From Erysipelothrix inopinata (lineage in GTDB: Bacteria; Bacillota_I; Bacilli_A; Erysipelotrichales; Erysipelotrichaceae), in the NCBI RefSeq assembly GCF_014396165.1, contig NZ_CP060715.1:2100001-2132000 (forward strand): a DNA stretch of 32,000 bases, read 5' to 3'. Each line of letters starts with the position of its first letter. Position 1 is the stretch's first letter. Shown one piece after another: positions 1 through 8,283 of the stretch. The translations under genes were made by a program, and so were the position numbers. The notes below the pieces were generated by a model that was not told where the DNA came from, searched no databases, and saw only the letters and a program-made list of their open reading frames with translations.

Positions 1-951
1 ACGAATGGATACATTCATATCTTTTTGACGATAACGGAATTTTGCAGTACATTTCATATCTTCTTTTTTATCTGCAAACCAGTTTACATCAGCAATTTCA
101 GCTTTTGAGGCATAGAGTAAGCGATGATCACTTCCCTTACCAACATAAATTATATTTTTAGAAAGGTCTTTGCCAACTACGAACCAAGGTCCTACAGCTG
201 TGGAAATATCCAACCCATGACGTTGTCCGACTGTATAGAACATAACACCTGAGTGCTTTCCTAATACCTTTTGCGTATCAATATCAACAATGTCGCCTTC
301 CACATCTTTAAGATAATTCTTAAGGAAATCACGATATTGACGTTCACCAATGAAGCAAATTCCTGTTGAATCCTTTTTCGTTGCAACGGGTAAATCTAAC
401 TTCTTTGCAATCGCTCTTACTTCAGGTTTATCTAAGTCACCGAGTGGAAAGATAACTCGTGGTAATACATCTTTATTAACACGACTTAAAAAGTATGTTT
501 GATCTTTATTTAGATCTTTTGCACGATACATCTTACCATCACGAGTATTCGCATAGTGACCCGTAGCAAGTGCTTCAAAACCATTTGCCGCCATGAAGTC
601 ATAGAATGCATCGAATTTTACATAACGATTACAGAGAATATCTGGATTCGGTGTATTTCCTCTTTGAGTCTCCTCTAAAAAGAAAGTAAACACATTATCC
701 CAATATTCCTTAACATAGTCTACGCGTAAAAGAGGCAAGCCTAAATGGTCTGCCACTCTTTTTGCATCGTCATAATCAACTTCTTGAGAACACATATCAT
801 CTTTGATGGTTGGGTTTCCTAATATGTCATTATTTGCAAATGAGTCCCAATTTCTCATAAATGCACATGTTACGTCGTGGCCTTGTTCTTTTAAAAGATA
901 TGCAGCAACTGCACTATCAACGCCACCTGATAAACCTACTAATATTTTCAT
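1..951 (-). CDS. mnmA: tRNA-specific 2-thiouridylase MnmA (first 317 codons; 3' end runs off the window)
   Basis: Minus-strand frame open to the window edge, so it has no in-window stop and is absent from the ORF track. My translation from the ATG at 951 reads MKILVGLSGGVDSAVAAYLLKEQGHDVTCAFMRNWD...NPDILCNRYVKF...ATGHYA...KDQTYFL. It carries the PP-loop SGGxDS and typical MnmA blocks. Confidence 0.9.
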   Translation of the reverse strand, partial: MKILVGLSGGVDSAVAAYLLKEQGHDVTCAFMRNWDSFANNDILGNPTIKDDMCSQEVDYDDAKRVADHLGLPLLRVDYVKEYWDNVFTFFLEETQRGNTPNPDILCNRYVKFDAFYDFMAANGFEALATGHYANTRDGKMYRAKDLNKDQTYFLSRVNKDVLPRVIFPLGDLDKPEVRAIAKKLDLPVATKKDSTGICFIGERQYRDFLKNYLKDVEGDIVDIDTQKVLGKHSGVMFYTVGQRHGLDISTAVGPWFVVGKDLSKNIIYVGKGSDHRLLYASKAEIADVNWFADKKEDMKCTAKFRYRQKDMNVSIR

Positions 952-1379
952 TTTTTTTCATCTTTCATTTCTAATCTGTCATTATCAAACATTTGATTCA
1001 CTGAAAAACTGCGATTACTACTTCTCATTTCTGGAGGTAGAAAGGCATCAATTTCTTCATCATCATACCCTACTAGGAAAGATTTATCATTCATAATGAT
1101 TGGTCTTTTTAGGATAGATGGATGACGCTGAATAAATGTCACTAATTCACTAATGGATAAATCATCCAAGTCAATTTGAGATTCTTGCATAACTTTGGAA
1201 CGTTTTGAAATGATGTCTTCGGTTCCATTTTCACTACGCATTAAGATATGCTTAATCTCTTTCTCACTGAGAACAGATGTAAAAATGTTTTTTTCTATAA
1301 ATTTAAGATTCCGATCCTTGAGCCATTGACGTACTTTACGACATGACGCACAACCAGGGGATGAATAAAGTATGATCAT
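948..1379 (-). CDS. spx: Spx/ArsC-family redox-sensing transcriptional regulator with a C-terminal extension
   Basis: 143 aa. N-terminal CxxC (YSSPGCASCRKVRQWL), then RSKV...RHPSILKRPIIMNDKSFLVGYDDEEIDAFLP, collinear with B. subtilis Spx. SD GGGAGG lies upstream of the ATG at 1379. The TGA stop overlaps the mnmA ATG (ATGA). Confidence 0.85.
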   Translation of the reverse strand: MIILYSSPGCASCRKVRQWLKDRNLKFIEKNIFTSVLSEKEIKHILMRSENGTEDIISKRSKVMQESQIDLDDLSISELVTFIQRHPSILKRPIIMNDKSFLVGYDDEEIDAFLPPEMRSSNRSFSVNQMFDNDRLEMKDEKK

Positions 1380-1485
1380 AATGTATACCTCCCTTGCGTT
1401 ATCATTATTATACTGTTTTTATTTCATTAATAAAAGTCTTTCTTGAAACAATTGCAAGGGAATTTTCACATTTTCTGAAAATGTT

Positions 1486-2472
1486 TTACCAAATCATTCC
1501 CATCTTTTTTTCCACTTTTGCTAGAGTTTCCTGAGCTGTAGGACGCACTGCATCCGCTCCTTCTTTTAATATTTCATCAATGATTTCGCTCCCTACGAAC
1601 TCATCGTATTTGCTTTGTAACATCTCTAATTCTTCACAGACGCAATCTGCAACTGCCTTCTTAAAGGTTCCGTATTGTGCATCTTTAAATTCTGCACATG
1701 CTTCTTCAATGGTAATTTCTTTGAGTGATGCATAGATTGTAAGTAAGTTCGCAACTCCAGGTTGATTCTCAGGATCATATTGAACAATACCCACACTGTC
1801 TGTCACAGCAGACATAATTTTTTTACGAGCTTGTTTTAAATCATCACGAAGGTAAATAACACCTTTCTCACCTTCTTTATCCGATTTACTCATCTTCTTT
1901 GTTGGATCTTGAAGTGAATAAATTTTACTTCCCACTTTTTGAATAACAGGTTCCGGAACGACAAATGTCTCTCCGAATCGATTGTTGAAACGTTCTGCAG
2001 TATTACGTGCAAGTTCAACGTGTTGTTTCTGATCTTCGCCAACCGGAACATAATGTGCTTGATGAATTAAAATATCAGCACTCATCAGTGCAGGATATGT
2101 ATAAAAGCCACCGCTTAATGAAATACCCGTATCTTTTTTATCTTTGAACTGAGTCATACGATTCAATTCTCCCATGGGTGTTAAACAAGCCATAATAAAT
2201 CCAAGCTGAGCAATCTCGTGTACATCAGTCTGTAAGAAGATTGAACAACGCTTAGGATCAAGACCACTTGCAAGATAGAATGCCAGCGCATCTCTTAAGT
2301 TTGTTCTTAATTCTTCAGGTTCAATTGGCATGGTGACACAATGGAGGTTTGCTATAAATACTTTCAAATCATAGTCATCTTGTGATGCCACAAAAGGTTT
2401 TAAAGCCCCAATATAATTCCCTAGTGTTAATTGTCCTGTTGGTTTAATACCGCTTAACATAGTTTTTCTCAT
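1486..2472 (-). CDS. trpS: tryptophan--tRNA ligase
   Basis: 328 aa. N-terminal GIKPTGQLTLGNYIGAL and a verbatim KMSKS (PTKKMSKSD). SD AGGAGA overlaps the stop codon of the upstream gene. Confidence 0.95.
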   Translation of the reverse strand: MRKTMLSGIKPTGQLTLGNYIGALKPFVASQDDYDLKVFIANLHCVTMPIEPEELRTNLRDALAFYLASGLDPKRCSIFLQTDVHEIAQLGFIMACLTPMGELNRMTQFKDKKDTGISLSGGFYTYPALMSADILIHQAHYVPVGEDQKQHVELARNTAERFNNRFGETFVVPEPVIQKVGSKIYSLQDPTKKMSKSDKEGEKGVIYLRDDLKQARKKIMSAVTDSVGIVQYDPENQPGVANLLTIYASLKEITIEEACAEFKDAQYGTFKKAVADCVCEELEMLQSKYDEFVGSEIIDEILKEGADAVRPTAQETLAKVEKKMGMIW

Positions 2473-2482
2473 TTAATTTCTC

Positions 2483-3196
2483 CTACTTATATTCAATATC
2501 AATTTCATAAATCTCATCAGCACGTTCTCGTGTTAATTGTTTTTCTTCAACCATCCGTGCTAATACATGTTTCTGTCGTTTTTTAGCACCTTCTAAGTTG
2601 GTGCTTAAAGCATAGTAAGATGGCGCTTGAGGTAATCCCATTAGCAATGTTGCCTGGCCGTCATTCAATTCATTTGGGAAGACATTAAAGTAACCTTCAC
2701 TTGCTTGGTAGATTCCATAGAATCCGTCACCATAATAAATAATGTTTAAATATAATTCTAATATTTCTTCTTTTGTATACTGATTGAGTAAATCACGGGT
2801 AACAAAGTACTCTGATATTTTTCTTACAAAAGATGCTGAATGATCAAAGTATATATTTTTCGCAACTTGTTGGGGAATTGTAGATCCCCCTTCAACCAGT
2901 CTAAAGGATGTAATGTTACGCCAGGTTGCACGGCCAATTGCCCAAAAATCCAAAACCGCATGACGCTCAAATAAACGATCATCTTCAGTCGCAACCATTG
3001 CTTGAGGAGCAATCGGATTCATTTCCGACAACGGTACATAGTCTTCACGTTGTCGTATCTCATCAATTGCGACATTTAGAGGTACCGTTTGGATGACTTC
3101 CTTATACTCTTTATGACCAAAATACACAACGACGCCACCCACGGAGATTGCGATTATCAGAGTATAAAGTATCAATTTTTTAAGTAATTTTTTCAT
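2483..3196 (-). CDS. mgt: monofunctional peptidoglycan glycosyltransferase (GT51, no transpeptidase domain)
   Basis: 237 aa. N-terminal membrane anchor (LILYTLIIAISVGGVVVYF). GT51 motifs ATEDDRLFERHAV and GGSTIPQQVAKN. The ORF ends before any SxxK module. Confidence 0.8.
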   Translation of the reverse strand: MKKLLKKLILYTLIIAISVGGVVVYFGHKEYKEVIQTVPLNVAIDEIRQREDYVPLSEMNPIAPQAMVATEDDRLFERHAVLDFWAIGRATWRNITSFRLVEGGSTIPQQVAKNIYFDHSASFVRKISEYFVTRDLLNQYTKEEILELYLNIIYYGDGFYGIYQASEGYFNVFPNELNDGQATLLMGLPQAPSYYALSTNLEGAKKRQKHVLARMVEEKQLTRERADEIYEIDIEYK

Positions 3197-3203
3197 ATTT
3201 ATA

Positions 3204-3227
3204 AAAAAAACACAGTCGCCTGTGTTT
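3204..3227 (-). terminator. intrinsic terminator after yneF
   Basis: Minus strand reads TAA-AAACACAG-GCGA-CTGTGTTT followed by a U8 run. The hairpin starts right after the stop codon. Confidence 0.65.
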
Positions 3228-3452
3228 TTATTGTCCCATCGACTTCATGATTTGACGAATTTGTGCTTCTGAAGGTTTTCTACCCATTTGCATATACATA
3301 GCACGAATCATCTTTTCGTTTACGGGTGGATTTTCTTTCAATTGTTTTTCAAACATACGTTTAGAAATAAAAAATGCTGCGATACCACCAACTAATGCGC
3401 CCCCTAGGAAACTCCAAAGGCTTGACCAAAATGCGTTTAATAATACGAACAT
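3228..3452 (-). CDS. yneF: UPF0154 family small membrane protein (YneF-like)
   Basis: 74 aa. One N-terminal TM segment, then KENPPVNEKMIRAMYMQMGRKPSEAQIRQIMKSM, which closely parallels B. subtilis YneF. Confidence 0.8.
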   Translation of the reverse strand: MFVLLNAFWSSLWSFLGGALVGGIAAFFISKRMFEKQLKENPPVNEKMIRAMYMQMGRKPSEAQIRQIMKSMGQ

Positions 3453-3529
3453 GACTTCACCATCCTTAATTCATTCTTATTTTATACTGTTTAGGCCCTA
3501 AACACAACCTAAAGATTGTAACTTTTAAA

Positions 3530-3755
3530 AGACCCAGAAGGGTGATATATTGTCCCTGTTTCTTACAGGTGGGTATCCTGTTCACTAATTTCTGGGATTC
3601 TGATATAAATACCAGTATTCACACTGTTAGTGGTACGTCCGGATTCCCTTATATCAAAGTGTCGGAAAAATATTTAGACCTTCTAGGTACTACTATTATA
3701 TCACACTTTTTTGTCTTTCGTGATATACTATATAAGAAAAATAACGAGGTGACGT
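3530..3755 (+). promoter_or_regulatory. possible T-box-like leader of proS (uncertain)
   Basis: The gap upstream of proS is 303 nt and non-coding. It has a Stem-I-like hairpin, CCCAGAA (3533-3539) paired with TTCTGGG (3590-3596), with a CCU Pro triplet at 3577-3579 on its 3' side. A motif UUAGUGGUACGUCCGG (3627-3642) resembles the T-box core AAUUAGGGUGGUACCGCG, including UGGU. No canonical terminator or Stem III was found. Confidence 0.35.
3695..3703 (-). promoter_or_regulatory. candidate extended -10 promoter (TGATATAAT) pointing toward yneF
   Basis: The minus strand reads TGATATAAT, an exact TGnTATAAT. The -35 is weak (TCACGA at 3718-3723). The transcription start would fall near 3688, about 236 nt upstream of the yneF ATG. 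Confidence 0.4.
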
Positions 3756-5444
3756 ATGAAGTTAAGTAATAGTTTTTTCTATACCATTCGTGAAGATGTA
3801 AAAGACGAAGATTCAACGAGTGGCAATTTATTAGTTAGAGCTGGGTATATCCGCAAGACATCTGCTGGTGTCTATATGTTCATGCCTTTAGGTCTAAAAG
3901 TTAAGGATAAAGTTGAAAATATTATCCGTGAAGAAATGAATGGTGTTGGTTCACAAGAAATGACCATGCCGACATTAATCCCTGAAGAAGTATATATTGC
4001 ATCAGGCCGTCGTGACATTATTGGTTCAAATATGTTTACACTTAAGGATAGATATCAAAAACCTTACGTGCTTGGACCTACCCACGAAGAATTGTTTGCG
4101 CAAGCAGCACAAATGAAAATTCGCTCTTACAAAGACATGCCGTTTAGCCTCTATCAATTCCAAACTAAGTTCCGTGATGAAACGCGTCCACGTTATGGAC
4201 TGATTCGTGTCCGTGAATTTGTTATGAAGGACTCTTACACATTTGATTCTACGGCTGAAGGTGCTGAAGTTTCTTACAACGGAATGTTTGAAGCTTACAA
4301 ACGTATTTTTGATCGTACACATTTAGATTATCGAATTGTGAAAGCTGATACTGGAATCATGGGCGGATTGCTATCCGAAGAATTCCAAGCAGTAACAGAT
4401 ATTGGAGAAGATATCTTAGTTCTTGGGGAAGAAACAGGCTATGCATCGAACATGGAAATCGCTGCGAATGTACACCGCATCATTTCTGAAGAAGATGCAC
4501 TATCCAGCGAAAAAATCTACACTCCAAATGTACGAACCATCGAAGAAGTTGCGGAATTCCTAAAACAACCCAAACAAAAATTCGTTAAAACACTTATCTA
4601 CCGTCTTGACGATAAATATGTAGCAGTTTGTGTTTCCGGAGACCGTGATGTCAACGAAACAAAACTTTCTAAATTATACGGAGCACTTGAAGTTGAACTT
4701 GCAGACTTCGAACATGTTCAATCAATTACCGGTGCTGATGTTGGATTTGCTGGTCCAGTAGGTCTTAAAGATATTGATATCGTTGTTGATCACGAAATTG
4801 AAGGACTTAAGAACTTTATTGTTGGTGCTAACGAAGATGACCATCACTATATCAATGTTAATCACTCTGATTTTGAAGCAACTCACTTTGCAGATATCAC
4901 GAATGTTAAAGAAGGCGATCCTAACCCAGATGGTAAAGGTGTTCTTACATTCTCACGTGGTATTGAAGTAGGGAATACATTTAACCTAGGTGTTAAATAT
5001 TCACAAGCAATGGGCCTTGAGTATCTTGATCAAAACAACAAATTACAAGACGTACATATGGGTTCATATGGAATCGGACTGGGACGTACAATTGCTGCTA
5101 TCGTTGAACAAAACAATGATGAAAATGGTATTGTATGGCCATTCAATCTTGCTCCATACCAAGTTGCTATTGTCCTAATTAACTACAAAAATGAAGAGCA
5201 TGTTGCTTATGCAAATGCACTTTATGATGAACTTACTGCAGCTGGTGTTGAAGTCATCTTGGATGATCGTCAACAAAGACCTGGTGTTAAATTCAATGAT
5301 ATGGACCTCATTGGTGTTCCTTTAAGAATTACAGTTGGACGCGATGTTGAATCAGATCAAGTTGAATTCAAAGAACGAAATAAAGATGAAGCAATCAAGC
5401 TTGATCGTAAAGATGTTCTCGCTAAAGTTAAATCATTCTATTAA
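3756..5444 (+). CDS. proS: proline--tRNA ligase (bacterial type with editing insertion)
   Basis: 562 aa. The N-terminus MKLSNSFFYTIREDVKDEDSTSGNLLVRAGYIRKTSAGVYMFMPLGLKV is typical of ProRS, and class II motifs are present (FRDETRPRYGLIRVREFVMKD). SD GAGGTGA upstream. Confidence 0.95.
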   Translation: MKLSNSFFYTIREDVKDEDSTSGNLLVRAGYIRKTSAGVYMFMPLGLKVKDKVENIIREEMNGVGSQEMTMPTLIPEEVYIASGRRDIIGSNMFTLKDRYQKPYVLGPTHEELFAQAAQMKIRSYKDMPFSLYQFQTKFRDETRPRYGLIRVREFVMKDSYTFDSTAEGAEVSYNGMFEAYKRIFDRTHLDYRIVKADTGIMGGLLSEEFQAVTDIGEDILVLGEETGYASNMEIAANVHRIISEEDALSSEKIYTPNVRTIEEVAEFLKQPKQKFVKTLIYRLDDKYVAVCVSGDRDVNETKLSKLYGALEVELADFEHVQSITGADVGFAGPVGLKDIDIVVDHEIEGLKNFIVGANEDDHHYINVNHSDFEATHFADITNVKEGDPNPDGKGVLTFSRGIEVGNTFNLGVKYSQAMGLEYLDQNNKLQDVHMGSYGIGLGRTIAAIVEQNNDENGIVWPFNLAPYQVAIVLINYKNEEHVAYANALYDELTAAGVEVILDDRQQRPGVKFNDMDLIGVPLRITVGRDVESDQVEFKERNKDEAIKLDRKDVLAKVKSFY

Positions 5445-5451
5445 TATTAAG

Positions 5452-5477
5452 AAAACTCCCTTACGGGAGTTTTTTTT
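5452..5477. terminator. bidirectional intrinsic terminator between convergent proS and the 5'-nucleotidase gene
   Basis: AAAACTCCC-TTAC-GGGAGTTTT with a T run on the plus strand and an A run on the other side. Confidence 0.7.
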
Positions 5478-7566
5478 ATTGTTTACGTTTTCTTTCTAAA
5501 TAGATTGCTGCACTACCTAATGATAGTGTTGCGGCACCTACAATCAAGGAAGCATTAATCGGATCAACACCTGTTCCAGGAAGTTTTCCTTTATCCTTCT
5601 CTTTATCTTTTTCTACTTCTGGTGTTGGATCTTCTGGTTTTTCTGTTTCTGGATCCTTAGGTTCTTCTATTTTCTTGAGATCAACAATGCTTTGTTTTAA
5701 TTGAGTTGCTGCATCATCGATCATTTCTTGAGTAATAATTTCATCTTCATCAATATTGTCGAGTAAGAGTGTCTTCGCATGCTCAAGGTTTTTAATGACT
5801 GCATCATAACTTTCTTTCGTATACAATGTTGCATCAAGTGCCTCTGCTTCTTTAATCAACTGATCAAGAACATCATAATCTAAGAGTGCATGGTTGTAGT
5901 CTCTTTCTAACATCGTCAGTAAACGATAAGGTTTTAACTCAGCATCATACAATTCCCAATCAACAGCGTTATTGTTCTTGAGATAGTCTACAAAAACTCG
6001 ATCGAGTGAAGGACCTTCTTCACGTGCTCCACCCAGCATGCTATATCCATCTCCACCTGCTGCTAAGAAATCATTGGTTGCCATATAATAAGTTTTGTTT
6101 AAATCAAGAGGTAAGAACTCGTCGGCTTTACCATCATAGATATATACACCCAGTACACGACTTCCTGGTTCTTTCGTTGTATCATAAATAACACGAATCG
6201 TATTTGATACATGCAAGTATCCACCATTAGGTGAAATTAATGGCATGCCATGTGCGTCAAGTTCTTCGGTTGTTGTCGTTCGAACAGAATGTTCAAACAT
6301 TTGTAAGATTTGGGTACCCGTAACTTGAATCTGACTGGTGATATTTCCAAACGGTAGGACACCAATGATATCTCCTTCAGTCACAACACCTGGTTTAATA
6401 TCTTTACGAATTCCCCCACCATTAATCATTGCGAAATCAGTAGGATTTCTAAATCCTTCTTTACCATACGCTACCATTGCATCTGTAATAACATTTCCAA
6501 GGTTTGTTTCACGAGTTCTTACGAATTCACGCTGTCCGTTAAAATGAATCTTATTGTCATTAAGGACAACCCCTGATACGGATTCCTTAAATCCTTCGTA
6601 AGCATCATCAATTAATCCTTTCACGACAGGATCCGGTTCTGCAAGATCTTTCGTGATTGGTATGAGTTTTGCGGTAGAGTTTTTAAAGTTTGTAAGGTTT
6701 AAATTCACAACACCTAAATTGTTGAGATGTTCTCCTGTTTGAACAAGAATTACATTATCACCTTTGAAGATTCCTTTTTCAATTGGAGTATGTGAGTGAC
6801 CGTCTACAATAATAATTGGTTTATCTTTCAACTTAGGATTTGCTGCAAGACTTTCTGCAAGTGTGTCTGAACGCCATTCTGTTTTGGTTTCTTTATCGAT
6901 TCCAAGATGCGTTAAAACAACAAAGAAGTCAGCATCTTGATGTTCCGCTTTTTCAAGCTCTTCTGTTACAGCCGGAATCGGCTCTTTCCATTTAATTCCT
7001 TCAATATTCTTAGGGTGTGTTTTAGTGTGTGTTTCAGGTGTTGTTGCACCTGTTACCACAATTTTATAATTATCCTTCATTAAAGTTTGTGATTGACCGT
7101 TTTGAATATCTAAAGTAACCGTTGGTTTAAACAAAAGTGAATTATCATTATACACAGTATTCGATGAAAGTAATGGGAAGTCGAGTACTTTTCCAAATCC
7201 ATCTTCTTTACCAAGAGCGACTGCCGAACCGAAATCAAATTCATGATTTCCTACGACCATAGCATCATACCCAACTTCATTCATAATTCGAGCCATATCA
7301 GCTCCCTTACTTGCATTAGAAATTGGTAACCCTTGGAAGGCATCCCCACCATCAAACATTAGCAGAGGTTTAATATTGTCTTTATATCCCTTAACTCTCG
7401 CCAGGGCATACAAGCCATCACTTGGCTCAATACGTCCATGCATATCATTCGTATGCATGATCGTTACAATATCATCCTCTGATGCACCCACAGCCATTGG
7501 GACTGCCGATGTACCAAACAGAAACAATACTAAAATAAGTACTAAACTCTTAAAGCTTTTCTTCAT
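5476..7566 (-). CDS. cell-wall-anchored 5'-nucleotidase / 2',3'-cyclic-nucleotide phosphodiesterase family protein (LPXTG)
   Basis: 696 aa. Signal peptide present. Calcineurin-like metallophosphatase motifs (HTNDMHGR, GGDAFQG, GNHEFD). The 5'-nucleotidase C-terminal domain is followed by a Pro/Glu/Lys spacer and LPGTG plus a hydrophobic stretch and a KRKQ tail. Confidence 0.85.
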   Translation of the reverse strand: MKKSFKSLVLILVLFLFGTSAVPMAVGASEDDIVTIMHTNDMHGRIEPSDGLYALARVKGYKDNIKPLLMFDGGDAFQGLPISNASKGADMARIMNEVGYDAMVVGNHEFDFGSAVALGKEDGFGKVLDFPLLSSNTVYNDNSLLFKPTVTLDIQNGQSQTLMKDNYKIVVTGATTPETHTKTHPKNIEGIKWKEPIPAVTEELEKAEHQDADFFVVLTHLGIDKETKTEWRSDTLAESLAANPKLKDKPIIIVDGHSHTPIEKGIFKGDNVILVQTGEHLNNLGVVNLNLTNFKNSTAKLIPITKDLAEPDPVVKGLIDDAYEGFKESVSGVVLNDNKIHFNGQREFVRTRETNLGNVITDAMVAYGKEGFRNPTDFAMINGGGIRKDIKPGVVTEGDIIGVLPFGNITSQIQVTGTQILQMFEHSVRTTTTEELDAHGMPLISPNGGYLHVSNTIRVIYDTTKEPGSRVLGVYIYDGKADEFLPLDLNKTYYMATNDFLAAGGDGYSMLGGAREEGPSLDRVFVDYLKNNNAVDWELYDAELKPYRLLTMLERDYNHALLDYDVLDQLIKEAEALDATLYTKESYDAVIKNLEHAKTLLLDNIDEDEIITQEMIDDAATQLKQSIVDLKKIEEPKDPETEKPEDPTPEVEKDKEKDKGKLPGTGVDPINASLIVGAATLSLGSAAIYLERKRKQ

Positions 7567-7586
7567 TTGTATTTCCTCCTATTCTC

Positions 7587-7615
7587 AAGATACACTGTAA
7601 ACGCTTTCAAATCAA
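7587..7615 (-). promoter_or_regulatory. candidate sigma-A promoter of the 5'-nucleotidase gene
   Basis: Minus strand reads TTGATT (7615-7610), a 17-nt spacer, then TATCTT (7592-7587). It lies about 20 nt upstream of the AGGAGG SD. Confidence 0.3.
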
Positions 7616-7752
7616 GTCCTTCTTTAAATGTTTCATAATCTGTCTATTAAAAAAAAAGATAAATGAAGATGGAAAATGTGAAAAATAACACGCCTAACTC
7701 GTTGATATAGTCACTATAATATGTTAATCTAGTTTTAGAAACTAGGTGACAC

Positions 7753-8283
7753 ATGAAAGAACAAGAAATCTGGATAAAAGATCTCGAAAATTTGCATTTG
7801 CCTCGTTTTAACGAACTACCGCAAATACCTTTATATTTAGATCAAGTTATCGAATATACTAACACTCAATTGAATGTTTTATTTCAGTTTGAGGAATCAA
7901 TTTTAACACGGTCAATGGTTAATAATTATGTTAAACACAAGATGATGCCTGCTCCGCAAAAGAAGCGATATCAGCAAGAACATCTCGTCTATATTATTAC
8001 CATTTCGATTCTAAAATCGATATTTAGTATCGGAAACATATCGAGTGGGATTGAGGGAGCATTAAATCAGTACGATATTGATGTTGCCTACGATATGTTT
8101 GTGGAATCCATTGAAGAGAGTTTAAAAATGTTGGTCAATGAATTGTATCAATATGACTTAAAGCTTGAAACAACTGAGCGCATTCGAACCCCACTAAAGG
8201 CAGCAACTCTTGCATTTGCTGCGAAAATTCTTGCCAATTATACATTTAATGCCTATGTGCAAAAGGAGAACACTCATGAGTGA
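7753..8283 (+). CDS. DUF1836 domain protein
   Basis: 176 aa. The blocks LPQIPLYLDQVIEY...LTRSMVNNYVKHKMMPAPQKKRYQQEHLVYII match what I recall for DUF1836. It sits in the usual position immediately upstream of a DegV gene. Confidence 0.75.
   Translation: MKEQEIWIKDLENLHLPRFNELPQIPLYLDQVIEYTNTQLNVLFQFEESILTRSMVNNYVKHKMMPAPQKKRYQQEHLVYIITISILKSIFSIGNISSGIEGALNQYDIDVAYDMFVESIEESLKMLVNELYQYDLKLETTERIRTPLKAATLAFAAKILANYTFNAYVQKENTHE

Noticed and set aside
803-1096. 97-aa plus-strand ORF
   Set aside because: It is antisense to the mnmA start and the spx 3' end, both of which have clear homology-type signatures. It has no SD and a low-complexity translation.
3453-3703. T-box for trpS on the minus strand (leader of yneF-mgt-trpS)
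   Set aside because: I read the minus strand for a UGG specifier context and a GGUGGUACC-type core and found neither. The only T-box-like core is on the plus strand.
3542-3769. 75-aa plus-strand ORF (GTG start) running into proS
   Set aside because: It lies in the structured proS leader, has no SD, overlaps the proS start out of frame, and its translation has no recognisable features.
8210-8275. N-terminal extension of degV in the ORF track
   Set aside because: It lies inside the DUF1836 coding region. The ATG at 8276 has a good SD and gives the canonical DegV N-terminus.
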